Assembly: GCA_963822965.1 (NCBI GenBank)
Contig: CAWGJT010000005.1
Location: 1,824,001-1,888,000 of the forward strand
DNA from: an uncultured delta proteobacterium
Lineage (GTDB): Bacteria; Myxococcota_A; UBA9160; UBA4427
Length of the DNA stretch: 64,000 nt
Direction: 5' to 3'
Below are positions 1 to 10,460 of the stretch, piece by piece. How positions within the stretch are numbered: position 1 is the first letter of the stretch; every line of letters starts with the position of its first letter. The notes under the pieces were generated by a model. The model was not told the origin of the DNA. It made no database searches and saw only the letters and a program-made list of their open reading frames with translations. The translations under genes and the position numbers were made by a program.

Positions 1-1
1 G

Positions 2-1054
2 ACCCAGGGAACGAGCGGAGTGAGCGTGCTGCCCCTCCTCGACGAGGGCTGCGGTCCGCCCCGCGACCTGGTCTTCGACGAGCCGGTCCGCACCGTGGGC
101 GAGAGCGCCAACCTCGAGTACGCGACGCGCACCCTGCGCTTCACCTACGAGTCGCTGGTCACGCCGAGCGGGGTCTACGAAGAGGATCTGGACACGGGAG
201 AGCGCCGGCTCCTCAAGCAGCAGCCCGTGCTCGGCGGCTACCGAACGGCGGACTGGGAATCGCGCCGCGAGTGGGCGACGGCCGCCGACGGCACCCGCAT
301 CCCCATCTCGCTCATCCAGCGCCGGGGCGCGCCCCGGGACGGCTCGGCGCCGCTGGTCCTCTACGGCTACGGGGCCTACGAGGAGAACAGCGATCCGTGG
401 TTCTCGGCGGGCCGGCTCTCGCTGCTCGAGCGCGGCGTGGTCTTCGCCATCGCCCACGTGCGCGGCGGCGGCGAGCTCGGCAAGGCCTGGCACGAGCAGG
501 GACGGCTCGCCCACAAGGCCAACAGCTTCGGCGACTTCGTGGCCTGCGCCGAGCATCTGGTGGCGGCGGGCTACACGTCCGCGGACCGGCTGGCCGCACG
601 CGGCGCCAGCGCGGGGGGGCTGCTGGTCGCGGCCGCCCTGAACCTGCGGCCCGACCTCTTCCGGGCGGTGGTCGCCGAGGTGCCCTTCGTGGACTGCATC
701 AACACGCTGCTCGACGAGACCCTGCCGCTCACGGTCACGGAGTGGGAGGAGTGGGGCAATCCCGCGATCCCCGAGCAGTACCGCTGGCTGCGCGCCTGGA
801 CCCCCTACGAGACCCTCACCCCCCACGCCTGGCCCCGGCTGCTCGCGACGGCCGGCCTGAACGATCCGCGGGTGTCGTACTGGGAGCCCGCCAAGTGGGT
901 GGCGGCCCTGCGCGACGTCGGCACGGGCAACGAGCCGATCCTGCTCAAGACCGAGATGGGCGCGGGCCACGGGGGACCCTCGGGCCGCTACGACGCCTGG
1001 CGCGACGAGGCGCTGGTCCTGGCCTTCCTGCTGGACGCCTTCGGGCTCGCGTAG
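2..1054 (+). CDS. ptrB: Oligopeptidase B / S9A prolyl-oligopeptidase family, 5'-truncated by the window edge
   Basis: LYGYGAY, HVRGGGE, nucleophile GASAGG, GLNDPRV and AGHGG motifs; frame open from the window start. Confidence 0.9.
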   Translation, partial: TQGTSGVSVLPLLDEGCGPPRDLVFDEPVRTVGESANLEYATRTLRFTYESLVTPSGVYEEDLDTGERRLLKQQPVLGGYRTADWESRREWATAADGTRIPISLIQRRGAPRDGSAPLVLYGYGAYEENSDPWFSAGRLSLLERGVVFAIAHVRGGGELGKAWHEQGRLAHKANSFGDFVACAEHLVAAGYTSADRLAARGASAGGLLVAAALNLRPDLFRAVVAEVPFVDCINTLLDETLPLTVTEWEEWGNPAIPEQYRWLRAWTPYETLTPHAWPRLLATAGLNDPRVSYWEPAKWVAALRDVGTGNEPILLKTEMGAGHGGPSGRYDAWRDEALVLAFLLDAFGLA

Positions 1055-1105
1055 GCGTCCCGCCGCGCGAGGTGAGGGAGCTTCGAGCGCCCGCTAATCT
1101 CGTGG

Positions 1106-2410
1106 GTGTTGGACATCATCCGCTCGTTCCTCTCGCCCCCCATCTCCGCCGAGCCCGAGCAGAGCACCGCGAAGCTCGTCTGGGTGGTGCGCCTGCGCTG
1201 GATCGCCATCACCGCGCAGTGTCTCACCGTGATTCCGGCCCTCGAGTTCCAGCTCCTCGAGCCCGGCCTGCTGCCCGACTTCGCGGGCGTGATCGTGCTG
1301 CTCGTGACCCTGAACCTGGTGACCTGGGCCGCCCTGCGCCGGGGCTTCCGGGCCACCCCGAACCGCATCCTCTTCCAGCTGTGCTGCGACATCTTCGGGC
1401 TCTCGGCCATGCTGGCGCTGACCGGCGGCGCCTGGAACCCGATGGTGCCCATCCTGTTCGTCCACACCGGTCTCGGCGCCCTGCTGCTCGAGGGCCAGAA
1501 GAGCTTCCTCTTCTTCACGGTGCTGATCGGCTGCCTGCTGCTGCTGCAGGCCTTCTCGCACATCCCGCCCGGCATCGAGGGGTCGCTGCTGCCGCGCAGG
1601 ATCCTCTTCCCCGCCCAGCTGGTGGTGGCCGGCGTCTTCTGGATCCTGACGGCGTGGCTCTCGCGCACTCTCACCGCCATGACCGCCCACTTCGCGCTGC
1701 TGCGCGAGCGCAAGACGGGAATCGACCGCCTGCGGGCGGTGGGCGCCCTGGCGGCCGGGCTCTCCCACGAGCTGGCGACGCCCCTCAACACCGCGCAGCT
1801 CAAGCTGGCGCGCCTGGCACGCACCCGGGAGCTGGACGACGACGTCGACCTGCGGACCGCCGCCGAGGCCCTGGAGCACTGCCGGGACGTGCTGCGGCAC
1901 ATGGCCGGAGCGCCGCTGCATCCCGATCGCCTCCACCTCGAGGTGGTGGACGTCGACGAGATCGTGAGCCAGGTGTGCGCCAGCATCCAGCTCGAGCACG
2001 AGGACGTGGGCATCCACATCCACACCCACGGTCCCGCGCCGCGACGGGCCCTGATTCCGGCGGTGGCGTTCTCCCAGGCGCTCATCAACCTGGTCGACAA
2101 CGCCATCGAGGCCGGCGGCGGCGCGCCGGTGGAGGTCACCATCGACAAGATCGACGGCCAGACCGAGGTGGCGATCCTCGACCGCGGCAAAGGCTGGCCG
2201 GAGGTCGTACGCTCCCACATCGGCGAGCCCTTCGTGACCACCAAGCCCGACGGCGTGGGGCTCGGCCTGTACTTCGTCCACAGCCTGGCAGCCGCGGTCG
2301 GCGCCGAGCTGCTGCTCGAGGACCGCAGCGAAGGTGGCGCCGTGGCCCGCGTGCGCTTCCCGCGCGTGAGCACGGTGGCGACGGGCCCCATGGAGGCGAC
2401 GGGCCAGTGA
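1106..2410 (+). CDS. regB: RegB/PrrB-like redox sensor histidine kinase
   Basis: Multiple TM helices; GGAWNPM resembles RegB GGxxNPF; H-box LSHELATPL; Cys in EHCRDVL; N, G1 and G2 boxes. Confidence 0.8.
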   Translation: MLDIIRSFLSPPISAEPEQSTAKLVWVVRLRWIAITAQCLTVIPALEFQLLEPGLLPDFAGVIVLLVTLNLVTWAALRRGFRATPNRILFQLCCDIFGLSAMLALTGGAWNPMVPILFVHTGLGALLLEGQKSFLFFTVLIGCLLLLQAFSHIPPGIEGSLLPRRILFPAQLVVAGVFWILTAWLSRTLTAMTAHFALLRERKTGIDRLRAVGALAAGLSHELATPLNTAQLKLARLARTRELDDDVDLRTAAEALEHCRDVLRHMAGAPLHPDRLHLEVVDVDEIVSQVCASIQLEHEDVGIHIHTHGPAPRRALIPAVAFSQALINLVDNAIEAGGGAPVEVTIDKIDGQTEVAILDRGKGWPEVVRSHIGEPFVTTKPDGVGLGLYFVHSLAAAVGAELLLEDRSEGGAVARVRFPRVSTVATGPMEATGQ

Positions 2411-2411
2411 C

Positions 2412-2957
2412 ATGAGCGACCCCCACGCCGACAGGACGCTCCTCATCGTCGAGGACAACACGCGCTTCGCCGACACTCTCGGCACCGAGCTGCAGGACCG
2501 CGGCTACGCGGTGGAGAGCCTGCCCTCGCTGGCGGCCGTGCGGGAGGCCGACGTCTCGCGCTTCCGCTACGCGGTCGTCGACCTGCGGCTGCGCCAGGAC
2601 AGCGGCCTCGACGTGATCCAGGAGATCAAGAGCCAGAACCCCGACGTGCACATCGTGGTGCTCACGGGCTACGGCAGCATCGCCACCGCGGTGCAGGCCA
2701 CCAAGCTCGGCGCCGCCCACTACCTCACCAAGCCGGTGGACATCGACGAGGTGGAGCGCGCGCTCCAGACCGAAGAGGTGGCCAACGAAGAAGTGCCGAT
2801 CCCCACGGAGTTCCAGAGCCTCTACCGTCACGAGCGCGAGTACATCGAGTTCGTGCTCGCCGAGTGCGAGGGCAACATCAGCCAGGCGGCCCGGCGCCTC
2901 GGACTCCATCGCCAGAGCCTGCAGCGCAAGCTGCGGAAGTACACACCCACCACCTGA
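2412..2957 (+). CDS. regA: RegA/PrrA-like response regulator
   Basis: Receiver domain (VDLRL, LTGYGSIATAV) plus Fis-type HTH NISQAARRLGLHRQSLQRKL; directly after the kinase. Confidence 0.85.
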   Translation: MSDPHADRTLLIVEDNTRFADTLGTELQDRGYAVESLPSLAAVREADVSRFRYAVVDLRLRQDSGLDVIQEIKSQNPDVHIVVLTGYGSIATAVQATKLGAAHYLTKPVDIDEVERALQTEEVANEEVPIPTEFQSLYRHEREYIEFVLAECEGNISQAARRLGLHRQSLQRKLRKYTPTT

Positions 2958-3003
2958 GCGGGGTGGAGGGGTGGAGGGGAAGGGAGGCGCGCCCGGCGGC
3001 CGG

Positions 3004-4854
3004 TCAGGCCAGGGGCAGCCGCAAGGTCACCCGGGTGCCTGCGCGGCTCTCCGACCCCGAGGCCGGCGACACGATCTCGATCTCCGCGTCCACCAGGCGG
3101 GCCCGCTCGCGCATGTTCGTGAGACCGCGCCCCCGGCGCGGTGACGCGGGCAGGCCTACGCCGTCGTCGTGGATCGAGAGGAAGACGTGCGCGCGCCGCG
3201 TCTCCGACGCCGGGCAGGTGCCGGTCTGCAGGGTGATCGTCGAGGCGTCGGCATGCTTCACGATGTTCGTGATCACCTCCTGCACGATCCGGAGCACCTG
3301 CAGCACCCCGGCCGGCTCGAGGGCCGGCAGGTCGGGGACGTCCTCCACGTGCCACGCGAAGCGCAGGCCCCGGCGTGCCAGCCGGGGCTCCACGCGCTCG
3401 CGCACGACCGCCAGCATCGAGAGCAGGTCCGCCTCGCTGGGGTCGAGCGAGTGCACCATCAGCCGCAGGTCGTCGAGGCTGTCGCGCAGGGCCTCCGCCA
3501 GCTCCTCGGGCTCGAAGCGACCGCTCTCCACCATCGCCAGGGTCGAGACGAGCTGGCCGCCCAGGCCGTCGTGCATGTCGCGCAGCATGCGCTCGCGCTC
3601 GGCCAGAACCACCTGCTCGCGCTCGATCGCGCGCAGGCGCTCGAAGTTGCGCTCGAGCTCGGCCCGCTTCTCCGCCACCCGCGCGTCCAGCTCCCGGTTG
3701 AGGCTTCGCGACTCGGCCAGCGCCATCCGGGTGCGGGTGAGGTGCACGCTCACGAGGCCCAGGGTGATCATGCCGCTGGCATAGACCAGCAGCACCTGGT
3801 CGAAGAGGAAGTGCCCCGTCGCGAAGCCCACCACGTCGTGCACGGCGAACAGGCCCACCCCCACCAGCGGGAAGAGGGCCGCCAGGGCGTGCATGCCCGA
3901 GAGCGTGCGGGCTACGCCCACCAGCAGCACCGCGACGTAGACGCAGAGGGCGGCCGTCGGAATCGCCCACACCACGGCGACCGCGTACGTGAAGATCGGC
4001 GGCACCGCGAAGGTCAGGGCGGCGAACCCCGCGGAGACGCCCAGCATCCAGTGCTCGAGGCGCCGTCTCCGCAGGCTTCGGATGCGGTGCAGGGCGAACG
4101 CGAAGCACACCACCGAGAACTGGTAGAGCGAGGGACGCAGCGGCTCGACGAGGCGGGCGGGCAGCGGGTTGTCGGCGAACACGCCCGTCACGGCCAGGGA
4201 GCTGCACAGCAGCCCGGCCGAGAGCCAGGCCACGGAGCGGGCGTCCGGGTCGTTCCAGTAGACCAGCACCAGCAGCACGGCCACGACGATGCCCGCCAGC
4301 GAGAAGATCAGCGGAAGCTGGCGGGAGAACGCGAGCTTCTGCTCGTAGGCGGGCAGCAGCTTCGAGCGCGGGCCGACGATGGGCGCCCGCAGATAGTCGG
4401 GGACCGACGCCGTCGCCCGGAAGCGCACGTACAGCACGTTGTCGCCGGCGCCGACCCAGGCCTCGGGAACCGGCAGCAGGAGCGGCCCGCGCACGTGCCG
4501 CGTGTCGTCCTCCCGGTAGGGGCCGCTGTCGCCCAGACGTTCCCCGTTCCAGTAGACGGTGACGTGGCCCGAGAAGCCCGGCAGGTAGACGGCCAGGGGC
4601 TCGCTCGCAGTCCTCGCCGCGGGAAGCGTGAAGCGGCCCCGGTACCAGCCTTCGAGCGAGCGCAGTCGACGCCCCAGCCCCCAGGCGTCCGGCATCGAAA
4701 CGGTCTGCCATTCCGAGTCCAGGGCCATGGGCGGCTTCGCGGACGGCCCGAGCCACAGCTCCATGGGCCGGAGGCTGACGATGTCGGAGCCCTGGGGCGG
4801 GCCGCAGCCCAGCAGCACCAGGGCGAGGAGCAGCGCGCGTCCGGCGCCCCTCAT
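3004..4854 (-). CDS. Sensor histidine kinase (extracellular beta-sandwich, 7TM-DISM-like, HisKA_3)
   Basis: ERERMLRDMHDGLG H-box, QEVITNIVKHA, DDGVG and GRGLTNM; N-terminal GWYR-containing sugar-binding-like domain. Confidence 0.85.
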   Translation of the reverse strand: MRGAGRALLLALVLLGCGPPQGSDIVSLRPMELWLGPSAKPPMALDSEWQTVSMPDAWGLGRRLRSLEGWYRGRFTLPAARTASEPLAVYLPGFSGHVTVYWNGERLGDSGPYREDDTRHVRGPLLLPVPEAWVGAGDNVLYVRFRATASVPDYLRAPIVGPRSKLLPAYEQKLAFSRQLPLIFSLAGIVVAVLLVLVYWNDPDARSVAWLSAGLLCSSLAVTGVFADNPLPARLVEPLRPSLYQFSVVCFAFALHRIRSLRRRRLEHWMLGVSAGFAALTFAVPPIFTYAVAVVWAIPTAALCVYVAVLLVGVARTLSGMHALAALFPLVGVGLFAVHDVVGFATGHFLFDQVLLVYASGMITLGLVSVHLTRTRMALAESRSLNRELDARVAEKRAELERNFERLRAIEREQVVLAERERMLRDMHDGLGGQLVSTLAMVESGRFEPEELAEALRDSLDDLRLMVHSLDPSEADLLSMLAVVRERVEPRLARRGLRFAWHVEDVPDLPALEPAGVLQVLRIVQEVITNIVKHADASTITLQTGTCPASETRRAHVFLSIHDDGVGLPASPRRGRGLTNMRERARLVDAEIEIVSPASGSESRAGTRVTLRLPLA

Positions 4855-5525
4855 TCGTCGATCTGCACCAGCCCGAGCTGGAGTGCCTCGTAGATGGCTT
4901 CGCCCCGGGAGTGCACCGAGAGCTTGCGATAGATCCCCCGCACGTGGGTGGTCACCGTGTGGGGCGACACGTCCATGATGCGCGCGATCTCGGGAACGTT
5001 GAAGCCCTTCACCACGTAGCGCAGCACCTCGTGCTCGCGGCCGGAGAGGTGCGGCACCTCCTCCCTGGCCGCGGCGTCCTCGGGCGGCGCGGGCTTCAGC
5101 CGGCGCAGCAGGTGACGCGCGATGGCCGCGCTGATCGGGGAGCCGCCACCCAGCATCTCGAGGATGGCGGCGGCGAGCTGATCGGCGCGGCCGTCCTTCA
5201 GCAGGTAGCCGAGCGCACCCGCCTCAATGGCGGCGAGCACGTGTCGTTCGTCGCCGAAGACGGTCACCACCATGCAGAGCGTCTCGGGACGGGCGGCCAC
5301 GGCCGCCCGGATGAGGTCGGTCCCGTCGCCGTCGGGCAGCCCGAGATCGGTGAGCAGCACGTCGGGCCGGAAGCGCTCGAGCGCGGCCCGCCCCTCGGCG
5401 AACGACTCGACCGCCGCCACCAGGTCGAGTTCGGAGCGCGACGCCACCACCTCCGCGAGACGCTCGCGGGTGCGGGCATCGTCTTCGACGAGCAGCAACG
5501 ACCTGGGCCGATCGGGCTTCGCCAC
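4851..5525 (-). CDS. NarL/LuxR-family response regulator
   Basis: Receiver (LTDLGLPD) plus LuxR HTH (LSGREHEVL...TVTTHVRGIYRKL); ATGA overlap with the kinase. Confidence 0.9.
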   Translation of the reverse strand: MAKPDRPRSLLLVEDDARTRERLAEVVASRSELDLVAAVESFAEGRAALERFRPDVLLTDLGLPDGDGTDLIRAAVAARPETLCMVVTVFGDERHVLAAIEAGALGYLLKDGRADQLAAAILEMLGGGSPISAAIARHLLRRLKPAPPEDAAAREEVPHLSGREHEVLRYVVKGFNVPEIARIMDVSPHTVTTHVRGIYRKLSVHSRGEAIYEALQLGLVQIDE

Positions 5526-5775
5526 CGGATAGCACCCCGTGTGAGTTTCGTTCGATTCTACCCCGGGGGCAGCCCCCGCCTCCTCCCCGAATCGGGGGAA
5601 GCGTCAGCCGAGCATCGGGAAACGAGGCCGACGGCGCCGCAACCAGAAGCTTGCCGATCGCGGGACCCGAGCCGCCGGTCGGCTGCCGTCCAGCTGCCGG
5701 TCGGCTGCGCATGAGCTCCCATGTCTCAGCGACACCGCTCATCTTTTTCCTCGGTGGGTGCCGATAAGAAGCCCG

Positions 5776-6630
5776 ATGACCTGCACCGCCAAAGTACTGT
5801 TGCGACGGCTGGGCAGCCTGACGGCAATGGCTCTCGCCGTCGCCGTGCTGCCGCACGCGGCCCACGCGCTGCCGGTTCCGCCCACCTTCAACTGGGACGC
5901 CAGCAACCCCGGGGCGACCGCGGGCCAGTGGTCGGCCGACGTCGGCTCGCAGCAGTGGACCGTGACCGGCGCCACGCAGACGACGCCCACCACGTCGCTG
6001 CCCGGGATCCAGGGCGCCTTCCAGGTCGGTGCCGGCGACTCGATCACGAGCAGCTCGTTCCAGACCATTGCCAGCGCCAACCCATCGAACGAGGACCTGA
6101 GCCTGGAGCTGTGGTTCCGCCCGACCAGCATGAGCGGAGGCCAGCAGGTGCTCTTCGAGACCGGCGGCAACCAGACCGGCCTCTCCATCCTGCTCGACGA
6201 CAGCCAGCTCCTGTTCCGCGTGAAGGACGGCGGCTCGAGCCTGACCCTGAGCTACGACCTCGGGACCGACCCCTCGGAGTTCTTCCAGGTGGCGATCACG
6301 ATGCCCCTGGGTGGCACCGCCAACATGTACGTGGACGGCCTGCCCGTGGTCAGCGGTGACGCAGCCGCCATTGGCGACTGGACGAACAACGGCGGCGCCG
6401 CCCTCGGAAGCATCAACGGACAGATCGGCGGCAACGCCGGTGGCGACCTCGACGGCTTCGGGAACTTCGTGGGCGAGCTCAGCCTGCTGCGCTTCTACCG
6501 CAACCAGGTGCTGACGCCCGCGCAGGTGGCGCAGAACTACGCGGCGGTTCCCGAGCCGGGCACGGTGGTGCTCGTGGCTCTGGGGCTCGCGGGCCTGGTC
6601 TTCCACTCGCGCCGTCGCCCCACCCGCTGA
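5776..6630 (+). CDS. PEP-CTERM-sorted LamG-like jelly-roll protein
   Basis: Signal peptide ending AHA; SLELWFRP, MYVDG and LRFY LamG-like strands; C-terminal VPEPG, TM helix and basic tail; alternative start GTG 5758. Confidence 0.85.
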   Translation: MTCTAKVLLRRLGSLTAMALAVAVLPHAAHALPVPPTFNWDASNPGATAGQWSADVGSQQWTVTGATQTTPTTSLPGIQGAFQVGAGDSITSSSFQTIASANPSNEDLSLELWFRPTSMSGGQQVLFETGGNQTGLSILLDDSQLLFRVKDGGSSLTLSYDLGTDPSEFFQVAITMPLGGTANMYVDGLPVVSGDAAAIGDWTNNGGAALGSINGQIGGNAGGDLDGFGNFVGELSLLRFYRNQVLTPAQVAQNYAAVPEPGTVVLVALGLAGLVFHSRRRPTR

Positions 6631-6679
6631 TCCAGCTCCCCGACCTCCCGGTCTTCTTCGCGCGGGCGCACCCGCCCCG

Positions 6680-8155
6680 TCAGGCCAGCGTCAGCATGCG
6701 GTGCGCGGCCCGGGTGGCCTGGGGGATCGGCACCTCGAACGGACACGCGTTCGCGCACGGCGCGCTGCAGCTCGTGCACACGTCGGCCCGGACGTCGAGT
6801 CGGGCGTACTGGCGCATGGCCTCGCGCTCGTCGCCGTAGTCCTCGAAGTACATCTTGAAGCGCAGCACGTCGTCGATGGGCAGGCCCTCGGGACAGCTCG
6901 AGAGGCAGGCCCCGCAGTGCTGGTAGCAGTGGCGGCCGGCAATCAGCCCGTCGTACTTCTCGAGGATCGCGTAGTCGGGCGGGCCGACAGGCTGTCCGGA
7001 AGCGTAGATGTACTCGTCGACGTTCGACGGCTCGCGGAACGAGACCACCAGACACGAGACGCTCGGGTTCGAGAGCACCCACTTGAAGGCCGCCTGGGTG
7101 TAGGAGTCCTGCTCGTCCCGCGACTCGAGCAGCCCCCGGTGCTTGGCGCCCTTCAGGGTCTTCATGGCGACGACGCCCATGTCGATGCCGTGGGCGCGGT
7201 CGATGATCTCCGCGAGCCGGGGCCAGGCGCCGTGGTGGTAGGCGAGCATCATCACGTCGAAGGCCCGGCTCTCGATCGCCTTCGAGGCCACCGCCTCGAG
7301 GTTCGGCGTGTGGGAGGAGAAGCCGAGGAAGCGCACCTTCCCCTGCTGCTTCAGGCGGTCGAAGGCCTCGTGGGCGTTCTCGGACATCAGTCGCTCGAGG
7401 GTGTCACAGGAGTGGATGTGGACGAGGTCCACGTAGTCGGTCTGCAGACGCCTCAGGCTCTCCTCCACGACCTGCATGTACTGCGCCACCGGGGCACCGG
7501 CGGGAAGGTGGCCGTGGGGCGTGCAGAACTTGGTGGCGACGAACATCTGGTCGCGCCGCCCCTGCATGGCCCGGCCGAGGGCCAGCTCGGAGCCCGTGTC
7601 GGAGTAGTCCGGCGCGGTGTCGAAGTAGTTGATGCCGCGCTCGATGGCCTCCCGGGCCACCTGCTCGCCCACCTCGCCCTTGACACGGCTCGAGCCGAGC
7701 GAGATGTCCGATACCTCGACGCCCGTGCGCCCCAGTCGTCGGTAGGACCGGATGCGCGCGCCCTCCCATTCGTCCCGAGGATGCTCGGCGCTCGTGGGCA
7801 CCTGCACCTGGATGTTCGGACCCGTGATCGTCAGCCAGCCGAGGTTGCGGCCGACGGCGGCCACCGCGCTGGCCACGAGGCCCCCGAAGCCCGCCGCCGC
7901 ACCGGCCAGGAAGCGGCGACGCCCGAGTCCCTCGGCGGGCTCACCGCCCGCGGTGGCTGCCCGGCCGAGGCCACGAGCCCACGTCACGGTGACTGCGAGC
8001 GCCGCCACGAACGCCGCGCCGGAGATCCACAGCGGCGTCTTCGAGAGGAGCGAGAGGTCGATGCCCTCGATCGCGAAGCCCAGCCACCGCCCGAAGGCCA
8101 CGTAGAAGACGAGGGCACACGCCGCCCAGGCGACGAGCACCATCCAGCCCCGCAT
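6680..8155 (-). CDS. Aldo/keto reductase with C-terminal 4Fe-4S dicluster and N-terminal membrane segment
   Basis: YRRLGRTG, INYFDTAPDY and SLRRLQTDYVD motifs; two CxxCxxCxxxCP-type motifs; start uncertain (ORF extends to 8206). Confidence 0.85.
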   Translation of the reverse strand: MRGWMVLVAWAACALVFYVAFGRWLGFAIEGIDLSLLSKTPLWISGAAFVAALAVTVTWARGLGRAATAGGEPAEGLGRRRFLAGAAAGFGGLVASAVAAVGRNLGWLTITGPNIQVQVPTSAEHPRDEWEGARIRSYRRLGRTGVEVSDISLGSSRVKGEVGEQVAREAIERGINYFDTAPDYSDTGSELALGRAMQGRRDQMFVATKFCTPHGHLPAGAPVAQYMQVVEESLRRLQTDYVDLVHIHSCDTLERLMSENAHEAFDRLKQQGKVRFLGFSSHTPNLEAVASKAIESRAFDVMMLAYHHGAWPRLAEIIDRAHGIDMGVVAMKTLKGAKHRGLLESRDEQDSYTQAAFKWVLSNPSVSCLVVSFREPSNVDEYIYASGQPVGPPDYAILEKYDGLIAGRHCYQHCGACLSSCPEGLPIDDVLRFKMYFEDYGDEREAMRQYARLDVRADVCTSCSAPCANACPFEVPIPQATRAAHRMLTLA

Positions 8156-8287
8156 CCCGCCGCTCCGCCCCGTTCCCGTCGATCCGCTCAAGCCCGGCCC
8201 CCCCAACTGATGCGAGGGAGTGTAACGGCCCGAGCCCGTGCGCCTAGCACCCCCCGAACATGGAGCCTCAGCCCGACGTCACCGGCG

Positions 8288-9469
8288 CTAGCCGGTGACG
8301 TAGATAAAGTTCCCCTGCGGGTCGGACGTGCGCTCGGCGTTGCCGAGGATGCGCAGGTGCTCCAGGTGCGCGTAGGTCTCGCTCTCGGCCATGGGGCCCC
8401 AGCTCCGTTGCTTGAAGAGCTGTCGGGAGAAGGCCTGCACGCTGGCCGGCCCCAGCATCCGCGAGATCTCACGGACCCGCTCGAGGCGCTCGTCGTGGTG
8501 GCGCTTGATGGCCTCGCAGCGACCGGCGAGGTCTCCGAACGGGTGGCCGTGGGCGGGCAACGCCTGCTGCACGTCCGGCAGCGCCGCCACCGCATCCAGC
8601 GAATCGAAGAAGGCCTTCAGCGGGTCGTCGAAGCTCGACAGCCCGGAGATGTGCGGCGTGATGCTCGGCAGCACGTGGTCGCCCGCCAGGAAGAGGCCGT
8701 CCTCGCGGTTGTGCAGGCAGATGTGATCTTCCGTGTGACCGGGGGTGTGGACGACGAGCCACTCCCGGCCCGCGAGGCGCAGCACCTGCCCGGCGCGGGT
8801 CGGGTGGGTGATCGTCGGCACCCAGCCGCCGCGGCCCACGAGCCGCATGGCGCGCCACTTGAGTCGCGCGCTGAGCGGCGGGCGCGGCGGCTCACCGCCC
8901 CAGGGCGTCCGGTCGCCGAACTCCGACCGCTTCGGCACGCGTCCGGCAGGCGCCGAGGCGGCGCGAGGGGCGTCGCGATCGGCGGCGGGCTCCTGCTCGG
9001 TGTCGAGCCCGTGCTCGGCGGGCAGGTCGTCCACCGATACCTCGGGATGCTGCGGGGCCACCCCGAAGCGGAAGGCGTCGTGCGCCACCACCCGGGCACC
9101 CGACTGCTTGGCGAAGCGCGTGGCGCCGCCGAAGTGATCCGGATGGGAGTGGGTGACGACCACGGTGTGAACGTCCTTCACTCCGAGCCCGGCCTGCTTC
9201 AGACGCTTCTTGAGGGCGCTCCAGCTGTCTGGACCCGGCATTCCGGGGTCCACCACGGCGGCCCCCTCGGAATCGATCAGCGCGTAGCAGTTCACGTGGC
9301 CCAGGCCGGGCATGCGGATGGGCAGCTCCATGCGGAGCACGTTCGGCGCGATCTCGGTGATCTCGCTGCGCGCGGCCTCCTGCTCCTGCTTCCGAGGCTT
9401 GCCGCCCGAAGCGTGGGAAGGCTGCGGTGCCGCCGCCGGCGCGGCCTGCTGTTCCCGGGGCTGTTGCAT
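8288..9469 (-). CDS. MBL-fold metallo-hydrolase with C-terminal winged helix
   Basis: THSHPDHFGG, HTPGHT, GDHVL and PAHG motifs. Confidence 0.9.
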   Translation of the reverse strand: MQQPREQQAAPAAAPQPSHASGGKPRKQEQEAARSEITEIAPNVLRMELPIRMPGLGHVNCYALIDSEGAAVVDPGMPGPDSWSALKKRLKQAGLGVKDVHTVVVTHSHPDHFGGATRFAKQSGARVVAHDAFRFGVAPQHPEVSVDDLPAEHGLDTEQEPAADRDAPRAASAPAGRVPKRSEFGDRTPWGGEPPRPPLSARLKWRAMRLVGRGGWVPTITHPTRAGQVLRLAGREWLVVHTPGHTEDHICLHNREDGLFLAGDHVLPSITPHISGLSSFDDPLKAFFDSLDAVAALPDVQQALPAHGHPFGDLAGRCEAIKRHHDERLERVREISRMLGPASVQAFSRQLFKQRSWGPMAESETYAHLEHLRILGNAERTSDPQGNFIYVTG

Positions 9470-9673
9470 GGACTCGCCAGACTAGCAGGCCGACCCGAGA
9501 TGGGCCGGCTCGCACGGCAGGCCGAGCCCGCCGGAAGCCCGTCCCGTCGCGCGACGCGGATCACCTTCCTGGGGCACAATGCGGGGGCGATCACGGGCAG
9601 CAGGCGCGGTCCCAGCGCGGGCCGCGCGGCCACGAGGACGACACGGGCGACGGGGCCCACGAGGAGACGAGAC

Positions 9674-10456
9674 ATGGGACGTCTGGAGGGAAGGGTCGCC
9701 GTCATCACCGGCGCCGCTTCGGGAATCGGAGCCGCCTGCGCGCTGCGCTTTGCACAGGAGGGCGCGCGCATCGCGGGCATCGACGTCGCCAAGCCCCTCG
9801 AGCGGGGAGACTGGAATGCGGCGGTCACCGCGGCGCCGGACGCCGCCTTCCACGAAGGCGACGTCCGCGACGAAGCGGCGATCGAACGCATCGTGGGCGA
9901 GATCGCGAGCCGCTTCGGCCAGATCGACTGCCTCGTCAACGCCGCCGGCGTTTCGACGGGCGGCGCCGTCGGCGAGCTCGAGCTCTCGGAGTGGGACCGG
10001 GTGATCGCCATCAACCTCACCGGCACGTTCCTCGTCTCGAAGCACGTGGTGCGCCGGATGCAGGAGCGCCGCTCCGGCAGCATCGTGAACCTCGCCAGCA
10101 TCGAGGGACTCGAAGCCATGGAGTCCCAGGCGGCCTACAACGCCTCGAAGGGCGGCGTCGTGCTGCTCACGCGCAACATGGCCGTCGACTACGGCCACCT
10201 CGGCATCCGCGTGAATTGCCTGTGCCCCGGACTCATCGAGACCCCGCTCACCGAGATCCTGAAGATTCCCGAGCTCGAGGCCGTGCGGCAGAAATTCATC
10301 GAAGGCCACCTGCTGCGGCGACCGGGACAGCCCTCGGAGGTGGCCTCCGCCGCCCTCTTCCTGGTGTCCGACGACGCGTCCTTCGTATCGGGCCACGCCC
10401 TCACGGTGGACGGTGGCTACACGGCCGGGAGACGGCTCACCCAGCCCGCCGCGTAG
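9674..10456 (+). CDS. Short-chain dehydrogenase/reductase
   Basis: TGAASGIG, VNAAG, YNASK and VDGG motifs; RBS GAGGAG before ATG 9674. Confidence 0.92.
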   Translation: MGRLEGRVAVITGAASGIGAACALRFAQEGARIAGIDVAKPLERGDWNAAVTAAPDAAFHEGDVRDEAAIERIVGEIASRFGQIDCLVNAAGVSTGGAVGELELSEWDRVIAINLTGTFLVSKHVVRRMQERRSGSIVNLASIEGLEAMESQAAYNASKGGVVLLTRNMAVDYGHLGIRVNCLCPGLIETPLTEILKIPELEAVRQKFIEGHLLRRPGQPSEVASAALFLVSDDASFVSGHALTVDGGYTAGRRLTQPAA

Positions 10457-10460
10457 CGCC

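Noticed and set aside
6701..9673. Very long alternative-frame ORFs (e.g. the 5' part of 6701-10456, 21417-24626, 29101-32127, 48247-51318, 51272-54082)
   Set aside because: Antisense or shifted shadows of real genes in high-GC DNA, rich in Arg/Gly/Pro/Ala and without motifs.
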